In this document: in pieces, positions 39,978 to 48,708 of the stretch
Layout of the letters: each line of letters begins with the position of its first letter
Position numbering within the stretch: the stretch's first letter is position 1
NCBI GenBank assembly: GCA_963717935.1
Contig: CAVQXP010000004.1
Span: 1,376,001 to 1,440,000, forward strand
Direction of reading: 5' to 3'
Source: Candidatus Eiseniibacteriota bacterium
GTDB taxonomy: Bacteria; Eisenbacteria; RBG-16-71-46
Length of the DNA: 64,000 nucleotides
The notes under the pieces: generated by a model
Told to the model about the DNA's origin: nothing
Database searches by the model: none
The model's input: only the letters and a program-made list of their open reading frames with translations
Program-made: the position numbers and the translations under genes

Positions 39978-40255
39978 CTATCGCAGGGCCAGATGGGCGC
40001 GGCGGTTCCTCGCCCATGTGAATTCGTCGTGGGCACCCCCGAAGGGCCGTTCCCTGCCATGGGAAACGATCTGGATCCGCGGGCCGCCGCATCGGCGGCA
40101 ACGAGGGCCGCCCGGGCTCGCCTTTCTCCAGGCGCCGGATTGTACTCGACCGTGCCCCGCTCATCACAATGCCCCGATCGTGATCCGCGCTTCGGCGTGC
40201 TCGCGCAAGAGCTTGGCGTCCCGGCCGAGCGCCGCCCGCGCGTCGCCGCACAGCC
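39978..40255 (-). pseudogene. pal: Pal/OmpA-domain remnant
   Basis: Three frames give DARAALGRDAKLLREHAEARITI / GHCDERGTVEYNPAPGERRARAA / RIQIVSHGRERPF...WARNRRAH. The N-terminus is absent. Confidence 0.8.
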
Positions 40256-40404
40256 CGACGGCGGATGCCGGGCAAGCACAGGCCGGGGCCCCGCCGTGTC
40301 GAAGCCGTCACGCGAGTCTCTCCATCCGCGAGCCGCTCGCTCGGCCGGGGGGCGCTGCGGGAGAACTAGACGGCCCCGCGGGATTGCGCTACAAGTGCGC
40401 GGTC

Positions 40405-41733
40405 ATGGGACCCCGCGTGCTCAGGAGCCACCTCGCGTTGCCGGTCATCCTCGGGACGGTGCTCGCCTCGGGAGCCGCTCATGCGGCCGCCCAGTCCCAT
40501 GGCCCCGACTTGCCGCCGGTCCTGGCGGCGCTGGTTCTGATCCTCCTCGGTGCGAAGCTTGGCGGCGTGCTCGTTGCCCGACTCGGCCAGCCGGCCGTGT
40601 TGGGGGAGTTGGTCGTGGGCGTCCTCCTCGGCAATCTCGGTCTCCTCGGCTTCCACGGCCTGGAATCGATCAAGGAACTCGCCGCGATCGATCTGTTGGC
40701 CCAGATCGGTGTTCTCTTCCTGCTCTTCGCCGCCGGTCTCGAGTCCGACGTGGGGGAGATGGCGGCGGTCGGCGCGTCCTCGCTGCTGGTGGCCGTCGTC
40801 GGTGTCATCGTACCCATCGCCCTGGGCTTCCTGTGCTCGGCCTGGTTCTTCCCGGGCCACAACCTGCTCAGCCACTGGTTCGTGGGAGCTGCGCTCTGCG
40901 CCACGAGCGTGGGGATCACCGCACGGGTCCTTGCCGACCTCAAGCGCACGAGGAGCAAGGAGGGCCGGATCATCCTTGGTGCGGCGGTCATCGACGACGT
41001 GCTCGGCCTGATCGTGCTCGCGGTCGTCGCGGGTGTCATCAAGGCTGCCGACGCGGGACAGGTGTTCCGCGCCTCCACCGTGCTCTGGATCGTCGCGAAG
41101 GCACTCCTCTTTCTTGCGGGGGCGATCCTGATCGGCCGGTGGCTCTCGCCGCACGCCTTCAGACTGGCCACGCGCCTCAGGGGGGAGGGCTTGCTCCTCA
41201 CGGGAGCGCTGGGTTTCTGCTTCGGTCTGGCCTACCTCGCGGGCCTGGCAGGGCTGGCCCCGATTGTCGGTGCCTTCGCAGCCGGACTCATCCTCGACGA
41301 GGTGCACTACCGGGACCTGCTTGACCAGGACAATGCGCGGCGCGCCGTCCCCGAACTGCTCGAGCCCATCACGACGTTCTTCGTGCCGGTGTTCTTCGTC
41401 CTGATGGGCATGCGGGTGGATCTCTCGGTCTTCGGAGTGCCGGGGGTGGTGGGCTTCGCCGCGACGCTGACCGCAGCCGCCGTGGTGGCAAAACAGGCGT
41501 GTGGACTCGGGGTGCTCGAAAGGGGCGTGGACAAGATCGCGGTCGGGCTGGGGATGATCCCGCGAGGCGAGGTCGGTCTCATCTTCGCGGGGATCGGCTC
41601 GACGCTCACGATCGCGGGCGTGCGGGTCGTGGATGACGCGGTCTTCTCGGCCGTCGTGGCGATGGTGGCGCTCACCACTCTCGTGACCCCGCCGTTGCTC
41701 GCGTGGCGGCTCCGGCGCACGGGCGCTGCATGA
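40405..41733 (+). CDS. CPA2 cation:proton antiporter (NapA-like)
   Basis: GQPAVLGEL, LLFAAGLE, ATSVGIT, GAAVIDD, GAFAAG, GMIPRGEVGLIFA. Confidence 0.93.
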   Translation: MGPRVLRSHLALPVILGTVLASGAAHAAAQSHGPDLPPVLAALVLILLGAKLGGVLVARLGQPAVLGELVVGVLLGNLGLLGFHGLESIKELAAIDLLAQIGVLFLLFAAGLESDVGEMAAVGASSLLVAVVGVIVPIALGFLCSAWFFPGHNLLSHWFVGAALCATSVGITARVLADLKRTRSKEGRIILGAAVIDDVLGLIVLAVVAGVIKAADAGQVFRASTVLWIVAKALLFLAGAILIGRWLSPHAFRLATRLRGEGLLLTGALGFCFGLAYLAGLAGLAPIVGAFAAGLILDEVHYRDLLDQDNARRAVPELLEPITTFFVPVFFVLMGMRVDLSVFGVPGVVGFAATLTAAAVVAKQACGLGVLERGVDKIAVGLGMIPRGEVGLIFAGIGSTLTIAGVRVVDDAVFSAVVAMVALTTLVTPPLLAWRLRRTGAA

Positions 41734-41809
41734 AGGGGAGGCTGCAGCCCGCGCCCGGGGCTTCCTCCCACGACTGAGGGGGGCGGGAGGAGAGCAGAAG
41801 ACGATTCCA

Positions 41810-41832
41810 GCCGGCGACCGGCGGTCGCCGGC
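41810..41832. terminator. GC-rich palindrome between convergent genes
   Basis: GCCGGCGACCG-G-CGGTCGCCGGC; no U-tract. Confidence 0.35.
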
Positions 41833-41851
41833 GCGAGGGAGGCGCCGGTTC

Positions 41852-42754
41852 TCAGCCGAAGATCTCCCGCCGTGCTCGCTCGGTGATGGCCAGCACGGCG
41901 GGATGGCGGATCCGGCGCTCCCCGGTGATCGCGTAGAAGCGCTGCCGGATCGTGTCCACGCGGCCCACGACCTCCACCCGGTATCGCCTCCGGATCTCCC
42001 GCTCGTCGACCGAGGGCCCGGCGAACACTCCCCGCCCCGCTTCCCCAAAGAGCTTGAGCAGTGCGCTGTCGTCGATCTCGCCCATGACCTTGGGTCGTAT
42101 GCCCTGTGCAGCGAACCACTGCTCAAGAGCCCGGTAGAGCGCCGAATTCCTCCCCGGCAGCAGCACGGCCTCGCCGTTCAGAGAGGCCGGGAATCCCCTC
42201 CGAAGCCGCTGCGCGATCCTGCCAGTCGCGAAGAAGCTCGTGCCCGACTCGCCCAGCAAGTGGTTGAACAATCGCACGGAGAGACCCGGACCGGCCGGCG
42301 AATCGGAGAGGATCATGTCCAGGCCGTAGACTGCGAGTTCGGACAGGAATCCGTCGAGAGAGCGATCCTCCCGGCACACGACCCGGATGTCCTCCTGCTC
42401 CGCGAACACCGGATCGAGGATGCGTTGGACCATCGGTTTGGGCATCACGTCGAGCAGCCCGACGACGACACGTACGGGTCGCCCGGCTCTCTGACCCCGG
42501 AGTGTCTCCAGGAACTCCTGGCCGAGCGAGAAGATCTCGTCCGCATAGCGGAACGCGATCCGGCCCGCCTCCGTGAGCTCCAGTCGGCGCCCGCGTCGCG
42601 CGAAGAGCTTCTCGCCGAGCATGTCCTCGAAACGGTGGATCTGGCCGCTGAGCGTGGACTGCGCCAGCCGGAGCTGCTCGGCCGCCCGTGCGACCGTGCC
42701 CTCGCGGGCCACCATCCACACGTACAGCAGGTGCTGGTAGTTGAGTCGCTCCAT
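41852..42754 (-). CDS. nhaR: NhaR-type LysR transcriptional regulator
   Basis: LNYQHL.Y.W.VAREG, TLSGQI, YADEIFSLG, NHLLGE, DDSALLKLFGEAG.G, FYAIT.ERRI.HP. Confidence 0.9.
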   Translation of the reverse strand: MERLNYQHLLYVWMVAREGTVARAAEQLRLAQSTLSGQIHRFEDMLGEKLFARRGRRLELTEAGRIAFRYADEIFSLGQEFLETLRGQRAGRPVRVVVGLLDVMPKPMVQRILDPVFAEQEDIRVVCREDRSLDGFLSELAVYGLDMILSDSPAGPGLSVRLFNHLLGESGTSFFATGRIAQRLRRGFPASLNGEAVLLPGRNSALYRALEQWFAAQGIRPKVMGEIDDSALLKLFGEAGRGVFAGPSVDEREIRRRYRVEVVGRVDTIRQRFYAITGERRIRHPAVLAITERARREIFG

Positions 42755-42767
42755 GACCGGCAGGATA

Positions 42768-42815
42768 CATCGAGCCAGACGATGGATTCCATCGAAACTT
42801 TGTACTTATCGAAGT
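42768..42815. promoter_or_regulatory. Putative NhaR operator array
   Basis: CATCG-N7-CGATG dyad (T-N11-A) at 42768-42784 and two more ATCGAA half-sites at 42791 and 42808. Confidence 0.6.
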
Positions 42816-42961
42816 CCCGGGAGGCCGGCACACTGGGCTCGCGAGGGGCAAGAGCGCCGCGTGCGCAACGCGCACCATCCCCCGCGCCGCCGCCTCGTGA
42901 CACGGGAGCCGGAGCGCAAGCCGATCCGGCTCCCGCGGGCGGGGACCGAAGAGGGAATCGC

Positions 42962-43315
42962 ATGCAACTGGACATTCGGGGCTCGAACGTCCGTCTTTCG
43001 CAACGGATGCGCTCGTACGTCGAGCGCCGGGTGGGCTTCGCTCTTTCGCGCTTCGGGGCGCGCGTGGCCCGGGTTCGGGTTCGCCTCTCGGACGCGAACG
43101 GCCCCGGGCGGGAAGTGGATCGGGTCTGCAGAGTGATGACCACGGTGCCGGGCGCTACCCCGCTCGTGGTCGAGCAACGTGATCCCAGACTGACTCTGGC
43201 GGTCGATCATGCGCTGGACCGAGTGGCCCGCCAGGTGGCGCGCACGATGGAGCGGATTGACGCGGGCTGGGTGGATCCGAGTGGTCCGGGGACCCGGCGA
43301 GCGGGCCGCAGGTGA
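42962..43315 (+). CDS. HPF/RaiA-family ribosome-associated protein (short form)
   Basis: MQLDIRG.N..LS..MRSYVERR...ALSRF, VRVRLSDANGP...D..C, AVD.ALDR; GAGGGA RBS. Confidence 0.85.
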   Translation: MQLDIRGSNVRLSQRMRSYVERRVGFALSRFGARVARVRVRLSDANGPGREVDRVCRVMTTVPGATPLVVEQRDPRLTLAVDHALDRVARQVARTMERIDAGWVDPSGPGTRRAGRR

Positions 43316-43347
43316 AGCCGGTCTCGCTCGCGACGCGGAGGAGGCAA

Positions 43348-44217
43348 ATGACCATGCTGGCACCGTCCTCCCACGAGGGCCGGTCTGAGCGAAGTGACCT
43401 GTCTCCGCGGTTCTGGGACCAGGTTCGCCACAGCCGGCACCGCCTGCTGATGCTGGACTACGACGGCACCCTGGCGCCCTTTCGTGTGCAACGCAGCCAG
43501 GCGCGGATCCCGCCTCCGACACTTGCGGTTCTCCGCAGGCTCGTATCGAGCGGAACGACGAGGATCGCGATCGTCTCCGGTCGGCAGGTCCAGGAACTCG
43601 AGAGATTGACCGGCGGGCTTCCCGTGCGCCTGATCGGAGAGCATGGGTGGGAGGAGCGCTCCCCCGGAGGCGCGGTCCTGCGAAGAAGGCTGCCTCCGGG
43701 GGTGGCGCGGTGTCTGGAACAGGCGTCCCGGGCCGCCAGGGCCAGCGGTTGGGGCCCCCATCTCGAGTGCAAGCGCAGTTCGCTCGTGCTGCATACTCGC
43801 GGGCTCCCCGCAGACGAGGCCCGTGAGCTCGAGTTCGCCTGCGGGAGGTTGTGGAGGTCCTTCTTCGAGCGCGATGGCATTCGTCTGCAGCGGATCGACG
43901 GCGGGATTACGCTGCGCGCGTTCCACCGGCACAAGGGCACGGCGGTCGCGGAGCTGGTCGCCGGCTTGCTCCCGGGCACGCTCGCCGTCTACCTTGGCGA
44001 CGATACCGCGGATGAGGATGCCTTCCACGAACTCCTTGACTGTGGCGTGGCGATTCACGTGGGGGCAACGACTCGCTCCTCGGCGGCCCGCTTTCATCTG
44101 GGGTCCACGGACGATGTCCTCTCCTTTCTCGAACGGTGGGAGGCGACGATGCGGGACGGGGAAGCGGTGTCCGGCGCGCATGCGTGCGGGACGCGCTCGA
44201 TCGGCGGCCGGACATGA
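43348..44217 (+). CDS. otsB: Trehalose-6-phosphate phosphatase, copy 2
   Basis: LDYDGTLAP, VSGR, GEHGWE, HKG.AV, GDDTADEDAF; GGAGGAGG RBS. Confidence 0.9.
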   Translation: MTMLAPSSHEGRSERSDLSPRFWDQVRHSRHRLLMLDYDGTLAPFRVQRSQARIPPPTLAVLRRLVSSGTTRIAIVSGRQVQELERLTGGLPVRLIGEHGWEERSPGGAVLRRRLPPGVARCLEQASRAARASGWGPHLECKRSSLVLHTRGLPADEARELEFACGRLWRSFFERDGIRLQRIDGGITLRAFHRHKGTAVAELVAGLLPGTLAVYLGDDTADEDAFHELLDCGVAIHVGATTRSSAARFHLGSTDDVLSFLERWEATMRDGEAVSGAHACGTRSIGGRT

Positions 44218-45257
44218 ACCGTGAGGACGTGATCCGCTGGCTGCTCGGGGCCGCCATCGCAGCGGGCACCTGGCTCGTCGGCTGGCTGGTGCGCCGGTTC
44301 GCCATGGGGCGCCTGGCGCGGCTCCTCCGTCACACGCCGACCAACCTCGACGACATCGTGCTCGAGGTGCTTCGGCCTCATGTCCCGGTCTGGTTCCTCC
44401 TGCTCGGCGTCGTGGCCGCCGCGCGATTCGTCGAACCCGGAGCCCCGGCGCTCGCGATCGTGGACCGGGCGAGCCTGATCGTGGTGATCGCCTCGCTGAC
44501 GTTGGCCACGTCTTCGTTCCTCTCGCGGCTGATCGCGAGCGGTGCCGCCCGCTGGCCCGAGACGCTGCCCGCGACCACGCTGACCCAGAACGCCGTGCGG
44601 ATCGCGATCGTGGGGCTCGGCCTCCTGGTCGTCCTCTCGAACCTGGGCATCGCCGTCACGCCGCTCCTCACGGCGCTCGGCGTGGGTTCCCTGGCGGTGG
44701 CGCTGGCGCTGCAACCCACGCTCTCGAATCTCTTCGCCGGCTTCCACATCTCGTTCGCCCGGCAGATCCGCGTGGGGGACTACGTCGAGCTCGAGTCCGG
44801 GCAGCAGGGGTACGTCACGGACATCGGCTGGCGCTCCACGCAGATCCGCGAGCTTCCCAACAACATGATCATCGTGCCGAACGCGCGGATCGCGGAGATC
44901 ATCCTGAAGAACTACGCGCTCCCCGAGAAGGAGCAGGCGGCGCTCGTGCAGGTGGGCGTGAGCTACGGATCGAGTCTCCCGGTGGTCGAGCAGGTGACCA
45001 TCGAGGTCGCGCGCGAGGTGCAGCGCAGCGTGCCCGGAGCGGTCCCCGATTTCGAGCCGTTCGTCCGCTTTCACACCTTCGGCGACTCGTCCGTCAACTT
45101 CACGGTGATCCTCCGCGTGAAGGAATACGTCGACCGCCACCTGGTCACGCACGAGTTCGTGAAGCGGCTGCATCAGCGATATTTGGCGGAGGGGATCGAG
45201 ATCCCGTTCCCGCAACGGGTCGTGCATATCGCTTCCGCGGTTCCCGGGGAGTGTTAG
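44214..45257 (+). CDS. mscS: MscS-family mechanosensitive channel
   Basis: LGVGSLAVALALQPTLSNLFAG, GDYV, IGWRST, VPN, GIEIPFPQ. Confidence 0.93.
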   Translation: MNREDVIRWLLGAAIAAGTWLVGWLVRRFAMGRLARLLRHTPTNLDDIVLEVLRPHVPVWFLLLGVVAAARFVEPGAPALAIVDRASLIVVIASLTLATSSFLSRLIASGAARWPETLPATTLTQNAVRIAIVGLGLLVVLSNLGIAVTPLLTALGVGSLAVALALQPTLSNLFAGFHISFARQIRVGDYVELESGQQGYVTDIGWRSTQIRELPNNMIIVPNARIAEIILKNYALPEKEQAALVQVGVSYGSSLPVVEQVTIEVAREVQRSVPGAVPDFEPFVRFHTFGDSSVNFTVILRVKEYVDRHLVTHEFVKRLHQRYLAEGIEIPFPQRVVHIASAVPGEC

Positions 45258-45614
45258 GATACGGGCCGGGCTTCTCCCACGCGCGGCGTCGCGATCGGGG
45301 GGGCCGAGAGGAGGACCGCTGGATGATGCGCGGCGTCGGTGTCATGCTCGTCGTCATCCTCTCACCGGCCTACCACGCGGTTTGCGACGCGAACGCGCCG
45401 ATCCTGTCGACGGAGCCCGCCGGGCCCCGGCCGGCGCCTTCCGGGTTCCGTATCCGCAACCCGGGATAGGCGCGCGAATCCGATGCGGAGGGAACCGCCC
45501 GGGCACGTCGCCAGCCAGCCAGCACGTCCAGAGGAGGTGGGTCTCGTGGCCGGAACCTCAGGACCACCAGCCCGGGAGCCCGGAGGGTGCTCCCACGCGC
45601 GGGGCGGGAGGGCG

Positions 45615-47387
45615 GTGTCCCTCGGAACACTGATGGCGCTGCTGGCGGCCGGGATCCTGACGATCGGGATCGCGCGCGCCGACGGCGTCCGCGACGGAGA
45701 CCGGGCCTTCGAGGCGGGCCGGATCGAGGACGCGTTGAGATCCTACGAGCAGGCCGCCCGCGCGGGGAGCGCGGGAGGCCAGGCCGGGATCGGGCGGGTC
45801 TTCCTGCGGCGGGGCCGGTACGAGAAGGCGATGGAAGCCTTCCGTCGCGCGCAGGAGTTGGACCCGGACCTGGCGTTGGCCTACTACGGGGAGGGCGAGG
45901 TGCTTCGGCGCCAGGGCAGGTGCGCCGAGGCCATCCCGGCTTACGAGCGAGCGACCCGGATCAACCGCAAGTTCCCCGAGGCGCAACTCGGCCTGGGCAA
46001 CTGCCTCGTCGCCACGGGGCAGTTCGACCGGGGCATCGCGGAACTGGACAAGGGACTCGCGCGGGGACGGACGTGGGCGCCGCGGTTCCTGGTCGCGCGC
46101 GGAACGGCATGGATGTCGCGCGACTCCCTCCGGCGCGCGGGAATCGACTTCACGCGGGCGCGCGAGCTGGCGCCCGGCGACCCCTCGGTCCGAAGGGCCA
46201 TCGGGGACTTCTACGTGCAACGGGGCACCTGGGCACTGGCGATCCCCGAGCTGAGGGCCGCCGTGGCTCTCGATTCCAGCGACGCCGAGGCGCTGCACTC
46301 GCTCGCCCGGGCGCTCTTCTACACCCAGGACTACGACCAGGCGTTGGCGACCTATCGGTTGCTGACCACACGGTCCCCCGACTTTGCACCCGGGCAGCTC
46401 GGCCTGGGCGACCTCCTCTATCGCGCGGGGCCGGCCGATCCCCGGCGATACGCCGAGGCGAGGGGGCCGCTGGAGGAGTACGTGCGGCTGGAACCCGATG
46501 ACCCGAGAGGGTGGAGTCTTCTGGGACGCACCGGCTACCACCTGGGAGAGCGCGACACCGCGCTCGCCCGGATGCTCGAGGCGGAGCGGCTCGGGGACCA
46601 GAGCAAGGAGCTCCACCTCACGATGGGACTGGCCTATGCCAATCAGAGGGAATGGGACAAGGCGCTTGTCTCCCTCGAGAAGGGCGAGCCCGGGCCCCGC
46701 GAGTATCCGCTCCTCGCGCAGATCTACGACGTCACGGGGCATCCCCTGCAGGCCGACTCCGTCTACGGGCTCGTTCTTGCCCGGGACTCCACGTCGGCGG
46801 CGGCCGCCTTCGCCTTCAACCAGCGCGGGAAGCTCCACTTCCGGACCCAGGACTACGCCGGCGCCGAGCGTCTGCTCGAGCGCGCGACCTTCCTCGAGCC
46901 GGGGAACGGCGAAGCCTGGTTCTATCGCGGCCTCTCCCTGCGGGAGCTGGACCGTGATCCGGAGGCCCTGCATGCGCTTCGGGAAGCAGCCGCGATCGAC
47001 ACGGGCAAGGCCGACCGGTACTTCTGGCTCGGCGTACTCGCGGACCGCCAGAAGCAGACCGGTGACGCGCGGGTGGCATTCCGCAGGGCGGTCGATCTCG
47101 ATTCGACGAGCCAGCTGGCGAGCAAGTCCTACCGGCAGCTTGGATACTACCGGTTGCTGAAGAAGGAGTGGAGGGCCGCACTCCCGCTCCTGCAGCGGGC
47201 GGTGGCGCTCGATGAGCAGGATGCGCAGGCATGGCTCTGGCTCGCGCAGGCCCAGCAGAACGCGGGCAGTCGCGAGAAGGCCCGGGAATGTTACGAGCGT
47301 GTTCTCGTGCTCGATCCGGCCAGCGCCGCAGCCAGAAAGGGACTGAAGACACTCGGGGGTTCTCTTCCGGCGTCACCACGCAGGTAG
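45615..47387 (+). CDS. Exported TPR-repeat protein
   Basis: Signal-like N-terminus ending ARA, followed by many TPR units. GTG start after GGGAGG inferred. Confidence 0.8.
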   Translation: MSLGTLMALLAAGILTIGIARADGVRDGDRAFEAGRIEDALRSYEQAARAGSAGGQAGIGRVFLRRGRYEKAMEAFRRAQELDPDLALAYYGEGEVLRRQGRCAEAIPAYERATRINRKFPEAQLGLGNCLVATGQFDRGIAELDKGLARGRTWAPRFLVARGTAWMSRDSLRRAGIDFTRARELAPGDPSVRRAIGDFYVQRGTWALAIPELRAAVALDSSDAEALHSLARALFYTQDYDQALATYRLLTTRSPDFAPGQLGLGDLLYRAGPADPRRYAEARGPLEEYVRLEPDDPRGWSLLGRTGYHLGERDTALARMLEAERLGDQSKELHLTMGLAYANQREWDKALVSLEKGEPGPREYPLLAQIYDVTGHPLQADSVYGLVLARDSTSAAAAFAFNQRGKLHFRTQDYAGAERLLERATFLEPGNGEAWFYRGLSLRELDRDPEALHALREAAAIDTGKADRYFWLGVLADRQKQTGDARVAFRRAVDLDSTSQLASKSYRQLGYYRLLKKEWRAALPLLQRAVALDEQDAQAWLWLAQAQQNAGSREKARECYERVLVLDPASAAARKGLKTLGGSLPASPRR

Positions 47388-47542
47388 CCGAGCGGAACGG
47401 CCATCTCCAGCCGAGTCCCGCTCGGGAGGGCCGCCTGCCGTTCGCCGCTCTTCACGGAGGAGCAGCGCGACCGATGCCGAATGCAGCGTGGCCGCGCGCG
47501 CGGCCGACGCCGACGGCACGGAACGAAAGCGAGGGCATCACG

Positions 47543-48679
47543 ATGGCGATTCTCACTCGAGACCGGCTCCAGCCGCTGCTGAAGGTGGGGTCACGCCCCT
47601 GCATCTCTCTGTACATGCCGACGCACCGCCACCATCCCGGGACGGAGCAGGACCCCATCCGCTTCAGGAACGCTCTCAAGGAGGCCGAGCGGCTGTTGTC
47701 CGACCGCCATTCCCCGCAGGAGATTCGCAGCCTCCTCGACCCGGTGGAGGCCCTGCCGAACGTCGAGTTCTGGCGTCATCAGGCCGATGGGCTTGCGATC
47801 CTGCGCTCCCCGGACGTGCTGGAACAATTCCGGGTCCCGTTGAGCATGCCCGAACTCGTCGTGGTCGCGGAGAGCTTCCATGTCAGGCCACTGATCCGTT
47901 GCCTCAACTCGAACGAGCGCTACTTCCTGATCGCGATCACCCAGAACGGGGTCGGGGTGTACGAGGGGGCGATGACCTCCCTGACACCCACCGAGGTCCC
48001 GGGCCTGCCGGGCGGCCTGTCCGAGTTCTCGAGCAAGAAGAGGCGCGGCACGGCCCTGAGCGCGCATGCGACCGGTCGTGGCAGCGGCAGCCGTCAGGTG
48101 CATGCCGCCGGGGGTGCCGGGGCCCCACCGGAGGAGGTCCTCCTCCCGTTCTTCCGCGCGATCGATCGGGCCCTGCAGCGCGCGCTCCGGCACGACACGG
48201 CTCCCGTGATCCTCGCCGGAGTCGAGTACTACCTGCCCATCTACCGGCAGGTCAGTCACCTGAAGCGCCTGGCGGACGTGATCGTCACCGGCAGCCCGGA
48301 TGCGATGACTCTGGATGAGCTTCGATCCAGAGCCTGGCCCGTCGCCGAGACCGTCTTGCGCGGGAACGAGGACCGAGCGCTCGAGAAGTACTGGCGCGCC
48401 GCCGAGCGAGGGCGCACCCGGGAGCCCCTCGAGGACATCGTTCGCGAGGCCCGGCGCGGCCGGGTCCGGCGCCTCTTCCTCGCATCCGGGGTCCGGATCT
48501 GGGGAACGGTCGACCCGAACACCGGTCACATCCACCGGACGTCCGCACAGCAAGGCAGCCACGACGACGACGTCCTCGATGACGTGGCCGAAGCCGTGTT
48601 CCTGTACGGTGGTGACGTGATCACTCTTCCGGCCGAGCGCATGCCGAATGCGCAGGAGGTGGCGGCCGAGTTGCGCTGA
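47543..48679 (+). CDS. Bacterial aeRF1-superfamily protein (baeRF3/7-like, Balon-like)
   Basis: PCISLYMPTH, QDPIRFRN, FHVRPL, FFRAID, PVILAG, GRVRRL, DVLDD..E.V...GGDV, AAELR. Confidence 0.85.
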   Translation: MAILTRDRLQPLLKVGSRPCISLYMPTHRHHPGTEQDPIRFRNALKEAERLLSDRHSPQEIRSLLDPVEALPNVEFWRHQADGLAILRSPDVLEQFRVPLSMPELVVVAESFHVRPLIRCLNSNERYFLIAITQNGVGVYEGAMTSLTPTEVPGLPGGLSEFSSKKRRGTALSAHATGRGSGSRQVHAAGGAGAPPEEVLLPFFRAIDRALQRALRHDTAPVILAGVEYYLPIYRQVSHLKRLADVIVTGSPDAMTLDELRSRAWPVAETVLRGNEDRALEKYWRAAERGRTREPLEDIVREARRGRVRRLFLASGVRIWGTVDPNTGHIHRTSAQQGSHDDDVLDDVAEAVFLYGGDVITLPAERMPNAQEVAAELR

Positions 48680-48708
48680 CCGCCAGGGCACAACCTCGGA
48701 CTCAGACC

